DNA of 64,000 nt from Antechinus flavipes (taxonomy: Eukaryota). Each line of letters opens with the position of its first letter. Position 1 is the first letter of the stretch. A program made the position numbers and the translations under genes. Shown here piece by piece: positions 49,265-61,800 of this stretch. The stretch lies in contig NC_067398.1 in assembly GCF_016432865.1 (NCBI RefSeq), positions 701,716,001-701,780,000 of the forward strand, read 5' to 3'. The notes under the pieces were generated by a model, which did no database searches, had not been told where the DNA came from, and saw only the letters and a list, made by a program, of their open reading frames with translations.

Positions 49265-50639
49265 AATTTATATCAAATCATATTTACAACATATCTTATT
49301 CTCATCAGCAGCCATTCCATCTTACCCTATAGATTTTAACACTTTGATTAATTTCTTTAAAACCTTCCTTTGGAAGCCCACCCACCCATCCATCATTTCA
49401 GATGAGCCCCAACTATACTTTAGTATCTGTATCTACTAGGCCTAGGTCATGTTGCTACTAGTATGAGAAATGAGCTCTTGGTCAATCAAATCTTGGGGCC
49501 AAATTCCTTGACTTTCAGAAAAAGAACTAACAACCTACATGAGGAGGGGACGGGGCCAGAATTTCCCAGCTATCTTCTAAAAGAATCCTCTTGGTTATTT
49601 CCTCCGCTATCCACCAGCTTTCCAATTCTAAAACCACAATTAAGCCACTCTGTCATTGATTCTGAAAGAGAAAGATCCAACTCGCCCAATTTCAGGGAAA
49701 CAATAAAACAACAAATGGAATTAAGAATATTCAGAATTATATTAAAAGAGTTTTCTTTAACAGTTATCTAACTCCAGAGATATAACAGGTTTTGACAATA
49801 TTTGCCCTTTTTATTGTAGTAGGTGCTTAATAAATGCTTGTTGATTGATTTCTATAGAAACTGAGCAATATTGCTAGGCCTTTCTGACTAAACATTTGGC
49901 AGACCATTTTGATTTCTAATTTAGTATAATTTCCTTTTTTATGAGCCCAGAGATGTGCACTGAATTGCATCTAATTCTAAACTAATGTGTAAACATACAT
50001 ACACAGTACAAATATGAAACAAAAGATAATTTGAGAACCGGGACTGACTTATTTTCTAATTTATCTTAAAATTATTCAACTATTTTAAGTCTTTTCAATG
50101 AAGTAAAAGAGGCATATTAGTGCTACTGACATCTCACCCCAGGTGTTTCTGGTTCAAAGTAATAGACACAGGAATTTTCCCTAAAATGTCATCGACCACT
50201 TGCCCTGTCCAATGTTTACAACAAAACATGCTTTTTTTATACCCAGATTCACTTTATGCTGACCCAGCAAATTTTACAGTTCATCACACTAGGTACTTTC
50301 TTGTATTTTCTAGAAATTCAGCCCTCAGCAAATAGCTTCCTATTTATTACATCGGCATTTCTTTCATGACATAAGTACTAGACTTCTGAGAACAGGATAT
50401 TAAAAAGTTGTAAAAGACTCTCTAACCTCACATTTCTCTTCCAAATGAACCCGTGACAGAAAAACTATTTAATATACAGCATTACCTACATTACATCCAG
50501 TTCTGATGTTAAATCTAAAATCACATTCCCATAATTTCTTACACTTTCCCCCAGAGATTTAAAAAGATATGCAGATAGACAAAAAGACTTCAAACATTAG
50601 GATGAGCACGATTCAGGCATGAAGGAAAGCTTAAACAAA

Positions 50640-51430
50640 TGCAACAGGAAATGGGAATCAAGTTGAGCAAGACTGAAAAGTGTGTGGAGAGGAATTATGG
50701 AATATAAGGCAAAAAAAGAAGCTTATAACAGAAACTGTGGAGGGCTTTAAAACTAGGACAAAGAGTTTGCAAGTTATTTTACAAGCAAAGCATGGCCACA
50801 AAAGACTCTCCAGCAGGGGAAGGACCCTGCTGCCTGGACCAGTCTATTATAGAGATGATTTGGCAGCTACATAAAAGATGGATTGGAGAGAGAAGGGGAT
50901 GGAAGCAAGAAGAGAAAGTAGGAGACTATTAAAACAGTGTACGTGATGATAACCTAATCTGAGGCATGACCATATGAATGAAGAAAAGGAGACAGATGAA
51001 ACATTCTCAAAAGACTTGGTAACGGCTTGGATATGGCCTAAGAAAGAAAAGTAAAAAATGACTTGGGAAATGAGCTTAGGATCTTAAGAAAATGATATTG
51101 ACCTTGACAAAAGTAAGGCAGGCTAAGGCAATAACTAAGTTTCAGTGGATCATGTACGTTTTGATATGGGTTAGAATTTTATTGAGAAAGAAGAGATGAA
51201 CAGATTTTGAAGTTAGCCACACAGATGTCAACCAAATTGTTGGGAGTCATGATCTCCAAGGCACAGCATAGAGAAGGAACAGGGTTCATTGCAGTACAGA
51301 GTCCTGAAGCACATTTAGGAGATACATACAAGAGATAAAAACAATCAGTCTACCAATAAGCATTTATTAAGTGCTTGCTATGGATAAGGCCTAATGTTGA
51401 GTGCTGGTGATTCAAAGAAAAGTTTAAACC
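50640..51430 (-). mobile_element. L2 fragments
   Basis: tggagggctttaaaact...ttggcagctacataaaagatggattggagag...aagacttggtaacggcttggatatgg, and caataagcatttattaagtgcttgc (3' end). Confidence 0.85.
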
Positions 51431-51454
51431 AATCCCAACACTGAAGAAACCCAT

Positions 51455-52222
51455 GTCCTAATGGACATTTTGTGGACTTGATTCCAAAACACCTCAATAA
51501 AGTAAATATCACAATAAAGCAAGTCACATTTTTTTTTTGTTTTCCTGTACATGTAAGAGTTATGTTTTTACTGTTCTAAAGTCTATTAAGTATGAAATAA
51601 TATTATGCTGGGGGGGGGCGGGGGGGAATACTTTATTGCTTTAAAAAATGCTAACCATCACCTGAATCTTTAGTAAACCTTAATTTCTTTTGTTGGTGGA
51701 AAATCTTGTCTCAATATTGACAGCTGTTGATTGTTCAAGGGGGTGATCATTAAAGGTTGGGATGGCTGTCTTGATTTCCCAAAATAAGAAATCAATGAAA
51801 TTTAGGCACTGATGGACTCTTCAATTAACACGAACATTCACAGGCCTTTTAAGAATATTAATTGGTTTAATTTCAATATTGTTGTGTTTCAGGGAATGGG
51901 GAGAGGGAGAAAGAGAGGAAGAAAGACTGGAATGTATGTGGGACATTCAGAATACACACAATATTAATCAGCTAAGTTCACTGTCTTATACAGGCATGGG
52001 TCCTGGTGCTTAACTTAAAACTATTACGATAGTAACATCAAAGTTCAATGACTACAATAACAGATAAAATAATAATGAAAAAGTTTGAAACCTTGCAAGA
52101 ATTAGCAATGACTGAGGCAAGTACATGCTGCTAGACCTGCTCAACACAGATTACCACAAACCTTTCAATTTGTTTTTAAAAAATGCACTATCTGCAAAAC
52201 ATAATGTAAAAGCCTATACATG
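51455..52222 (-). mobile_element. Tigger1-like (Tc1/mariner-pogo) internal deletion derivative, Tigger1a_Mars-like
   Basis: Both Tigger1 ends are recognisable antisense: caataaagtaaatatcacaataaagcaagtcaca (3' end), and aatttcaatattgttgtgtttcaggg...ataataatgaaaaagtttgaaa...aaaaaatgcactatctgc (5' end). They join near 51830 with no transposase ORF. Confidence 0.88.
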
Positions 52223-53731
52223 AATACCATATTAAGGGGGAAGGTTCTAACAGCAACAGAAACTGAAAAGTAGTTGGGGGGAGAAAGGGGAGGTGAAAAC
52301 ACAAGAAGAAAATCTGGATCACCAAAATCAAAGAAGGAAAGAATATATATAGAAGGATGTATTTCAACACTATGGAAAGCTAAAGAGGTCGAAGAGGATG
52401 AGAATAAGCAAATTCAACTTGATTACAACTGGTCCTATTCTCACGACTTCTAGTTCATTTTTAGAACAAATGTATTCAAGGAAAGGAAAATGAAGAGGAA
52501 ATTGCTTTGTCATTAATTTAAAAATGTAGATCATCAAACGGAAGTATCATTGTACTTCATTAAAGTGATTTAATTGGCAAACTGCTAGATTCAACTGGCA
52601 GATGCCATAATCTGTTCATTGGTTTTCAGTAAATACACAATTCAGATATTTAATGCATTTTAACACAAATATTAAGATAGTGAATTTAAAATACACAAAT
52701 TAAAAGTCAACCAAAGTTTTTACTTAATCATATTCCAAGATATATCTGACATCTAAGCCAAAAGAAGGCAATTTCAATTTATTTTCTGATCTTTATCAAT
52801 ATGATATAATAATGACATTGTATGGTATTTGTGTGTTCCCTTCTCCACCACCCCCACCCCACAGGCACCTCTCTGTCTCTCTCTGGTAAAAGCTTCATCA
52901 ATTTTTTTCTCCAAAACTAATACCAGGCATGCCACCTCATCTCTAAGTTTATTTCAAACAATAAAAAAGTTTCTAATCTCAGAAATTTATAAAGAATCAA
53001 GGCAATCCTTACATTTTCCACACAACACTTTCAGGATTGACTCAGGAAAGCCTAGTTCCAATTCTGCCTGTAATTACTTGAGGTACTCAGTCCATCTCTG
53101 AAGCTCTCATGTCCCTGACAAATTTCTGACACTGCACTGCAAAGCAGGTGGGAATCTGTCCTGGAGAAAGGGAAGGATTTCTCATGGCAACTTCCTTTCT
53201 CATAGTATATTTCTTCACAGCCACCTAAACACTTTTCCTCTATTCACATTCCCAAGGGAAATAATCAAGCTAGCCCGGCTTAGTATTACATCAGGACAGA
53301 ATCCCAAGAGCTCATTATTTACACAGCCAGCTTCAAGACTGCAGCTCCTCTCAGTAGCTAAATATGCACCTTGAGTTTTTGAAAGATGCACTTCATTCAA
53401 AGCATTTTTACCCCCAGAATGGCAGAGGTTAGAATTTTAAGAAATGCAAAATTCTATATGCATTTACCAAATGAGTTCCATAGGAGGAGAAAGCACAATA
53501 ATTTAATTTTGTGAAAACAAAGGATAGAAAACCATGTTGCTCAGCTTAAATGAGAGATGCTCAATTACTGTGATATTAAACCATGAAGACTTGCTCAGTC
53601 TGCCTGTTTAAGTCCCTCTAGTGTTCAATGAGCTAAATCAACACAGACTATGAGCTACCTGTTAAATACAGATAGTTAACAACTATCTCAATCCCAAACA
53701 CTTAATCATAATGAATTTACTAAACAGGAAG

Positions 53732-53733
<2 letters not shown>

Positions 53734-53765
<32 letters not shown>
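53734..53765. repeat. (CA)n microsatellite
   Basis: Direct read. Confidence 0.97.
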
Positions 53766-53769
<4 letters not shown>

Positions 53770-54039
53770 CTTGATGTTTCTTAGTAAATTATGTCATATA
53801 AACAAATCCAAACTAAAGAGAATTTAAGAACTTTATTGTTATTGCTCCATTTTAAACAATTATTTCAACTCAATTCAAAGAAGTGACATTAAGCATATAT
53901 TATGAGCAAAGGAAAAATTAAACAAGATCCATTCAATACACACAGCTTAATTCAATTTCCACAGAAACATTAAATACATATTTCCATCTAAATCTACTCT
54001 TTTTCAACAGTAATGTTTTCCCCAAAAAATTACATCTCC

Positions 54040-54600
54040 ATTTTTAGTACCATCTTTTCTATGTTTGCAAATATCTTTCATATCCATTCCCCTCCTCTGC
54101 ATTTCTCACTATTATTACTGGAGGCCAGGATCTCAAACTCTCACCTGGATCCCTCTTGCCTATAATGATCCCCTTCTCCAATTTAGCCTACAACCAGTTA
54201 TCAAAATCCTAAAAAGCATCAAAATTCTCTTTGGCTCTCCAATATTCCCTGAAAAATCTCTAAATGCTTTCACTGAGAAGGAAGTCAATGTCTTTCCAAC
54301 CTACTCTTTCTAGTAGTTTACCATTATTCATCTATGTGTTCCCCACTTTCCTGTCTCCAATGTTTCAGCTGGAATGCTTTTCTCCAGCAGCTACACGTGA
54401 GCTAGCCCTTTAAGGATGGACAAAAGGAATCTTCTCCATTAAGTATTCCTCTGATCTTTCTCACCCAACTGTAGTGATTTTTTCCTCTTCTGAAACTACT
54501 CTCACTGTTCCCTTTAAATGATGACCTGGATTACAGTTATTTATTCTGCATTTTTCAATTTCCCTTACTAGATAGAAACTTCACTAAGGAAAGGGATTAC
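54040..54600 (+). mobile_element. L2 3' fragment
   Basis: tctcaaactctcacctggat...tttccaacctactctttctagtag...tactagatagaaacttcactaaggaaaggga. Confidence 0.7.
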
Positions 54601-54669
54601 TCAACTGTTTTGTTGTGATCACACCATAGACTGCATATCCAATTTTAAAATTTGGGATTACTCCAAGAG

Positions 54670-54675
54670 TGTGTG

Positions 54676-54706
<31 letters not shown>
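54670..54706. repeat. (GT)n microsatellite, interrupted
   Basis: Direct read. Confidence 0.95.
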
Positions 54707-55431
54707 AAAATTTCTCATTCACAATTATCTGATACATAACTAAAAATGTAATTAGCACACACTTTACTCTAAAGACACAAATCTGCCATCAGATCTGCTC
54801 ATATTCAACAAACATTTATTAAGTGTCTATTATATATAAGGTATTTTGTAGTCCAGCATTAACATCTGGCACACTGTAGATTCTGTTTTTAAGTATAAGA
54901 GACACAGATTAAAGACGACACAAAATAATAATAACTATTTGATTCCCATTGTATTGTTCTATTATTCTTTAAAAAAAAAAAAAGGTTGCAAAATGTGAAA
55001 TAAAATTATCAAACAGGCTCTAAGAAATATTTACTGAAACAATAGTATGATATGGCTGAATATTAAGTAGTTATAATTTTTTTAAAAAATAACCAGATGT
55101 CAGGAAACTGATGATATACTCCATCCAAGAGTAAGCTCCACTAGTCACAGCTTGTCATCTTGTGCCTCCTACAAATGATCCCAAAATGGTCTACCAAAGT
55201 GTTAAATCTTTTAATACAATGTAGATACCCAGGCAACAAGTGGGCTATGCTCAAGATCAGCCTACATTTTGAATGTGTGACCCTCTCAGCTCTCTAAGTG
55301 GTCACACAATTTTTAAATGATGACTTTTATGACACAATTTGCATCTAGTCCTAATTGGTTCTATGTATTATAGCCTATTTCTCCATCTCATCACATATTT
55401 TTCCATTATCCTTTAGAAAACCTATTATTTT

Positions 55432-55582
55432 GTGGCAGGTAGGTAGCACAATGGATAGAGCACCAGCTCTATCAGAAGGACCCGACATCAAATCCTGCCT
55501 CAAACACTTAACACTTACTGGCTGTGTGACCCTGGGCAAGTCACTTAACCCTAATTGCCTCAGGAAAAGAAAAAATATATAT
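55432..55582 (+). mobile_element. WSINE1 SINE, near full length
   Basis: ggcaggtaggtagcacaatggatagagcacc...cacttaacacttactggctgtgtgaccctgggcaagtcacttaaccctaattgcctc followed by an A tail. Confidence 0.95.
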
Positions 55583-57489
55583 TTTTGAGAGACCACAGTA
55601 CTCTACAACCAAAGTAACACAGCATTACAAAAAATTTTTCCAAAAAATAAAACATTCTCAGATAATGACAAATGTCAAATTTTTTGATGCAAAAAGAACA
55701 TGATTAGCTTTAAAGATTCCATTCATATTACAATGAATAAACCACAAAAGAAATGTACAAATCTGGTTTACATTTTTCTCAGTCAAGGCTGAACAACTTC
55801 TGAACTTAATCGAAATGCTTTCCCAATGTACCTCAAATCAAACATCACACCTAAAAACCGAACAACGGGGAAGCTTAAAATGCCCTTCCTTTTAACTTCT
55901 ATTGAAGATAATATATCATGTAATATTGCAGATATTCCCTGAACTGAGACAAGTTCAATAATACTGGAGGGAGGGAAGTAGAAGGGGGGGAAGAAATGGG
56001 GAAGAGTAGGAGAAGTGTGGTATCTTGCAGAAGATACTCATCCTAACTTCTCACCCAAGAGAAAATGAATGGCTCCAGACCCTGCTTAGTTAAATTGGCT
56101 CATAAACTATAGTATGAGTGAAGCTATAAACTATTTTGCACATGGTGCCTAATGATCAATGTAGATTTGAAATACCACTCATCTTCATTTCAGTGTTTAA
56201 CATGTACAATAAAAAAATGTGTTTATTAGAAACACATTTATTCCCCAATTTCAGATCATTACTTTTGATTATAGCACGTCAGCTCTGCTATCTAATTACT
56301 AAAGGACAAAATATTTTCCCCCACAATGCATTAGCAATAGTATTATATTGATGTTATGTTGTCATAGCACACAAAAAAATTATGAACTAATTGAATGTTT
56401 ATTTAGATAGTGTAGAAATCTTTTAGTAGTTCAACCTAGATAAGGCTCAAGAGGATAAAAAGCTGTATTCTATTGGTCTCATTGCCAAATTACAATTTAA
56501 GTCATGATCAAGAGAGTCGAATTAACATAAGGAGTTCATTTTATAAATATCATGTTTATAAGACACAAGTATGTGTGGGAAAGCATTCAAAAACATTTAA
56601 GCACCAAGAGCTTCAGACTGATCAAATTTTCCAGCACTTACTTATAAGAGTGATATTACAATGGAATCCCCAGACAGAAGCTCAGACATAAAATATTTTA
56701 AAGCAATAGAATTGAATTTCATTGTTCTGTAGTGCTAAAAATTGTACCCTTATTAAAACTTCATTCAACTCTTTCCTTTAAATTTCCTATTTCTACTGAG
56801 AACCATAAAATCTTCTAACCATGCAGGTTTTCCATTTTATCTCTCTTTCTATGGATACAGAGAAAATTCTGACCAAATTGATGGCAAAGATTTTAAAATC
56901 ACCTTTTAAATCACTTTTTCTCCACACCCCAAAATTATGTTTAGTATACTTTTGGAATAAAAGATCAGGGCTTTTTGAATTACATGAGTAACAGAAAGGA
57001 ATACAATGTTGGTTAAACTGAAAGAAAGCAAGTAAAAATTCTATATTTCTTAACTTGAAATTACTTCCAAAATAAATAGTTAATAGAATTGAATGCTAAT
57101 TATATGCTAAAGACTAAGTACTGAAACATGATACATCCATGCCATCAATAAATGTCTCTCTCAGCTTTATATCACACTAAGTCACCATTTGCTATCATCA
57201 TTTGAACTGTATATGCTCTGGGAATATAGAATAATTTTATTAGAGGGAACTGTTACCAAAAATACTCAAAGCAATAAATTCCCTAATCAAAAATTAATGA
57301 CTATAGTAATATGGACTATTCACAAATTTAAAAAAAAATTGGTTCTGGGGGAAAAAAGGATGTTTTCCACCAATCTTTGCAGTCTCTTTGAAGTTATTAT
57401 CCCAGAAGTGCACACTTTTGAAAAATCTCTCTTAGAATCTGACTTAGCTCTTTCTCAAACTCCACAATGCATCTCCAGACTTAGCACAT

Positions 57490-57720
57490 ACCTATAAGCC
57501 ACAGGTCTTAAAGGCATTCATCAAACTGTGCCACTTGGAAGATCCAGCTCAATTCCATCCCCCTGACTAGTCCCCCTCAAGCTGTAAGGTAAGCATTCTC
57601 TTCTTCTTCAAGCTTCCTTGTAAAATATTTCATTGGGATCATATGATAGCTCTCTAGAGTTCTAGTAAGTTCATAGAGGGAAGAAAATTCCCTACTTTTT
57701 TTTGTTCCTCTCTAGCCTTT
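57490..57720 (-). mobile_element. L3/CR1 fragment
   Basis: aaactgtgccacttgg...cccctcaagctgtaagg...tctctagagttctagtaag. Confidence 0.45.
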
Positions 57721-58519
57721 CAGGATCTAATAATACTTTGTAAGAGAAGCTTGTGATTGAAGGTGGTAAGACAGATGGGGACATACCTCTACCTTTTCAT
57801 ATTTTATAAATAGGTTATTGATGTAAATCTCAGTTTTATAAAGACAATACATGTTTTGAAAGGAGATTTTAACATTTTTCTGGTTAAATTTGCAGCTTCT
57901 ATAGGGGAAAAAAAAGGATGTCATTAAACAAATCAAGTCTAGTACTGATGATACAAGTCATCAGTATGAAAATCTCCAGCTTTCTCATCTTTAAAAAGGG
58001 ACAGCTAGCCAAGAAAATTTCTAAGGCTTCTTTAAACCCTACTGATATGTTACAAAAAGTTGCCCTAACAATATGAGATTCTGTTAAACTTTTGCTTCCC
58101 CACCCCCCAAATTGTATTAGGAAATCGTAATCATCAACAAAGACAAAAGTCATTTAACTTCATTATAACCATTGTATTTATCCCAGATTTCTCAAACATG
58201 TGTGTATATATAATAAATACATTAATATTTTTTAACATTTAAAATTATATTAAGAGTAACATATGTTTTTTCATCTTCTAATAGTTTATTCCCAGGCAGG
58301 GGGGAGAAAGCAAATTTCTTACTTTTTCAGTTTAACCATATTTCCATTAAGAAGGAAGCCAAGTAAGAAAATGTTCTTTTTGTGTCCATAGTAGAAACTA
58401 CCTCTGACAATGCTAGATCCTGTCCCTCCATAGCAGAGCTTGTGTTGTAACCTCTATAGTCCTCTGATGAAATCTGTGAACTCCTCAGAATGTTTTAAGT
58501 ACCTAAACTATTACACAGT

Positions 58520-58650
58520 TGTTGCAGTGTAGGAGAGCTGGCCTCCAAAACACGGAGATCTGGGTTTTGTCTCTGATACAGACTGTCTATGTGGCAGTGG
58601 GTGAGTGGCTTAACCTCTCACCACACTAAGCAGCCTCTAAAACTCTCTCC
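58520..58650 (+). mobile_element. Mar1/MIR-type SINE
   Basis: gagagctggcctccaaaacacggagatctgggtt...tctgatacagactgtctatgtg...cttaacctctca...gcagcctctaaaact. Confidence 0.75.
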
Positions 58651-59999
58651 TTGGAGTTCTCACACAATCATCATGGGTCTAGAGTCCAGAGCCTGTGCTA
58701 ACCCTGATTCCCTCCATCCTAGGGCGGGCAACCTCTCTGGGCTTCCTTTAACTTATCCACAGAGGGCGGACTTTGTACCTACCAGATCATCCCTCAGTCT
58801 CGAATCCCATGACCTTAATATCCTATATCTAGAATCTCTAATTCCTCTCTCTAGAAAACATGTGGCATCATCCTTCACTGGGTGGCAGCACAAGCTAACC
58901 GAAAGCACAAAGCTAAGCCTCGATTGCTACTTGTGCAGCTCTCGACCTGCTAAAGTGATGCAGGGAAAAAAGGGAACTTCCAGCTCAGCTAGAGCGACCT
59001 TCTACTTGCAGAGGAGGAACTGAGCCACACCAGGGCTCCCTCAGGCTCCTACTGATCAGCAAAAAGGGGAGTCCTTGGATTCTAAATCAAAGAATCATCA
59101 GCTATATATATATATATACTCCCACCCCAATGTTCAAAAGAATTTGAATTGATGAATTCTAAAACTAGACTGAATAGTTGATGCCTTCAGATTTAACAAG
59201 AGCTTAACAAAACAAATAAAAACTAACTGCATTAGAAAATCAGGCACATGGCTAAAGTGGCAAAAACTCAAGTAGCATCACATAAGCACAAATGAGGATG
59301 AGAAAGATAAAGAATGGTCATTGAATACACAATAGCAACTCTGATGGTTACTGGCCTATTATTTTTAAGAGAAAGAAAATCCTCCATATTTATAAAGTAT
59401 AAATAAATATTGACACAATTTTACAGAAAGTGCTAATAATTATTCCTTAGAATTACAAAGATAAACATTTTCAAAATCCTGTCATTTCTTCAGTTATACT
59501 ATAAGAAAACATCCTCTTTAGAACATGGAAATAACTGGCATCTCACTTTGAACATAAAACTAAAGCAGAAAAATTTTTTAAAGTCCTATCAAGTTATTTT
59601 GGGATAATTTCTTTAAGACATTACATAACTAAATACAACTAAAGTTATAAATAAATTAAATACATGTATTTGTTACAAGGGCTTTAACAGGCAGAATGCT
59701 GAATAACAGAATCGACTTAAGTATGGGTAGAAATGGTAACTAGCCATTTTTATCACAAGCAAATTTATTTCAACAATGTGGTTAATCCTGGTAAGTCTTG
59801 AGAATGCTGAAGGAAAAAACGAGGTAGAGATAATCTGTAGGTGGCCTATTAGGAACTGAAATCTTAAACAGACTCAAATATACTCAATACAAATACATGT
59901 AAAATTATTTTCTCTATAAAAATCAATTCTAAAAATAAAATAAAAAATAAGTAATAGGATCCTATAAATTAGAACTAGAAGAGATTTTGAAGACCATGT

Positions 60000-60190
60000 T
60001 GTAGTGAATAGAGCACTGGACCTGGAGTCAAAGACCTGAATGTCGATTCTGCCTCAAAAACTTATTAGCTGTGTGAGCCAGATCATGTCACTTAAAATCT
60101 ATTCCCCAAAGTTACAAAGTTGGGTGAGATGAGATAGGTATATTTGCAAAGCATATAGCACTATACAGGGCTCAGAATAGATGCTTATTC
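60000..60190 (+). mobile_element. MIR SINE
   Basis: gtagtgaatagagcactggacctggagtcaaagacctg...ttagctgtgtgagcc...gtcacttaa. Confidence 0.85.
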
Positions 60191-60339
60191 CTGTCTGAAC
60201 GTCTGTCCATCTCTCCTTCCTTAAAGGTAAGACCAGAGAGAAGCATTATTTTGCCATGGCCACACAAGGCTAAGGGCTCTTACCACTGTACCCTGAAGAA
60301 ATGGTAACCCTCCCATTTATTCTATGACCTTAAGATTAA

Positions 60340-60900
60340 ATTTGATAGGGACAAATATGAAGTTTTACACTTTGGCTAAGAAAATAAGCTTCTGAAGTAG
60401 AAGATGGGGAGCCATGCCAAAAGGGCAGTCCATCTGAGAGAGTCCTGAGAAATTTTATTAGATTACAAGCACACTGTATGTCAAAGTGTGATGACAGCCA
60501 AGAAAGCTAATGAGCTCATAGATCATATTAAAAGAAGCATAACCTCCAGGAATAAGAAAGTCTCAGTCCCACTGCCATGGTCAGACCACATGCAGAATAC
60601 CGGGTTCAGTTCTGACAACCAATTTTAAGAAGGAAATCAGTGAGTTGGAGACCATCCAGAGGCAGGCTACTTGGACCCTGAAGGAAAATGAGTTCTTACC
60701 ATAAAGATATGTTGAAGGAAAAACTATTTTCTGACCTGTAAAAGAGAGACTAGGAGGGACAAAAATGAACCCAGAGAGAGAAATGCCCAAGTAGCACAAA
60801 GGCAAATTTGGGCTGGACATTAGGAAAAACTTGCAGGAACCAGAGCTTTGCAAATGTGGAATGGGGTGCAGGGACCCAAGCATTCCCATAAAACCTTCAA
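60340..60900 (+). mobile_element. L3/CR1 RT and 3' fragment
   Basis: tttgatagggacaaatatgaagttttacact...gtcagaccacatgcagaataccgggttcagttctg...ggcaaatttgggctggacattaggaaaaactt. Confidence 0.9.
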
Positions 60901-61265
60901 TAATCCATCTCAAATACACTTGAATCTTTAAAATTGAGCAAAAAACATTTGTTTAAAATTTGATATCTGACTTATAAATCTATTCATGTTTCTAGGTTAA
61001 ATCATCTCAGTCACTCCTTCCAGAGTAGTCTCCCACATTAGATGTGGAATCTGGAGGAAGGAAACACAGCCAATGCAGAAATTTATTTTTGCTTGGCTAT
61101 GCATTTCTCTCTTAAGAGTTTTATTTTTCTTTGTTTCCCCTCCCTCCTGCCTACGCCCCCCAAATTTGTGGGGAACAGGAAAACACCAAACACTAAGTGG
61201 TCAGGACACACAAAAAAATGAAAATACAGCCCATAAGAAGCCCTAAAGAAGCATAGATTCAAGAG

Positions 61266-61448
61266 CACGGCTGGGGAATGTCCAGCTGGAGCCATAGAAG
61301 ACTCTGCAAATCATTTGCTAAGGCAACTGCAGGCGCTAAAGAGCTGAAAACCAGGCACAACTAGCTCCCACTGCTTGAGCTCCATGGCCCAGGGAGTGAT
61401 GCTATAAATATTCAAATGGTCCTTGGCTGAAAAGGTTGCCCAGCCCTG
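61266..61448. mobile_element. ~183-bp hAT-Charlie-like MITE
   Basis: TIRs cacggctggggaa and ttgcccagccctg match at 11/13. The flanks ttcaagag and acccagaa resemble a decayed NTCTAGAN target. Confidence 0.6.
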
Positions 61449-61714
61449 ACCCAGAAGAAGACAACAGCCAATCAAGGTAGGGAAGGAACTAGTGGAAATA
61501 TGGTGGGGAAATCCCAGGGAGGGTGCAAGAGATTCTCATTCTAATGGCTACCTTCAGCACATCAGCCTTTCCCCAGCCTCTATTTTCACATTTATAAAAC
61601 AAAAAAGGCAACATTTAATACTAGCCTTCCCTCACACCTCTGGACAAAAGCATTTGGGTGAACCTCACAACTCTCCTAGCAGCTCTCTAGAGCTAAAAGA
61701 CCAAACTGTCCTAT

Positions 61715-61800
61715 GAAGTGGGAAGTCAGGAAGACCAGGGTTCAAATTATGTCCCTGACATTCTGGGAGTCCCAGACAACCCTCTGAAGTTCTAAAGTCA
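61715..61800 (+). mobile_element. MIR/Mar-type SINE head
   Basis: gggaagtcaggaagaccagggttcaaattatgtccctgaca. Confidence 0.7.

Noticed and set aside
57943-57966. Perfect 9-bp hairpin tactgatga-tacaag-tcatcagta
   Set aside because: A stem this short is expected by chance in 64 kb of AT-rich DNA.
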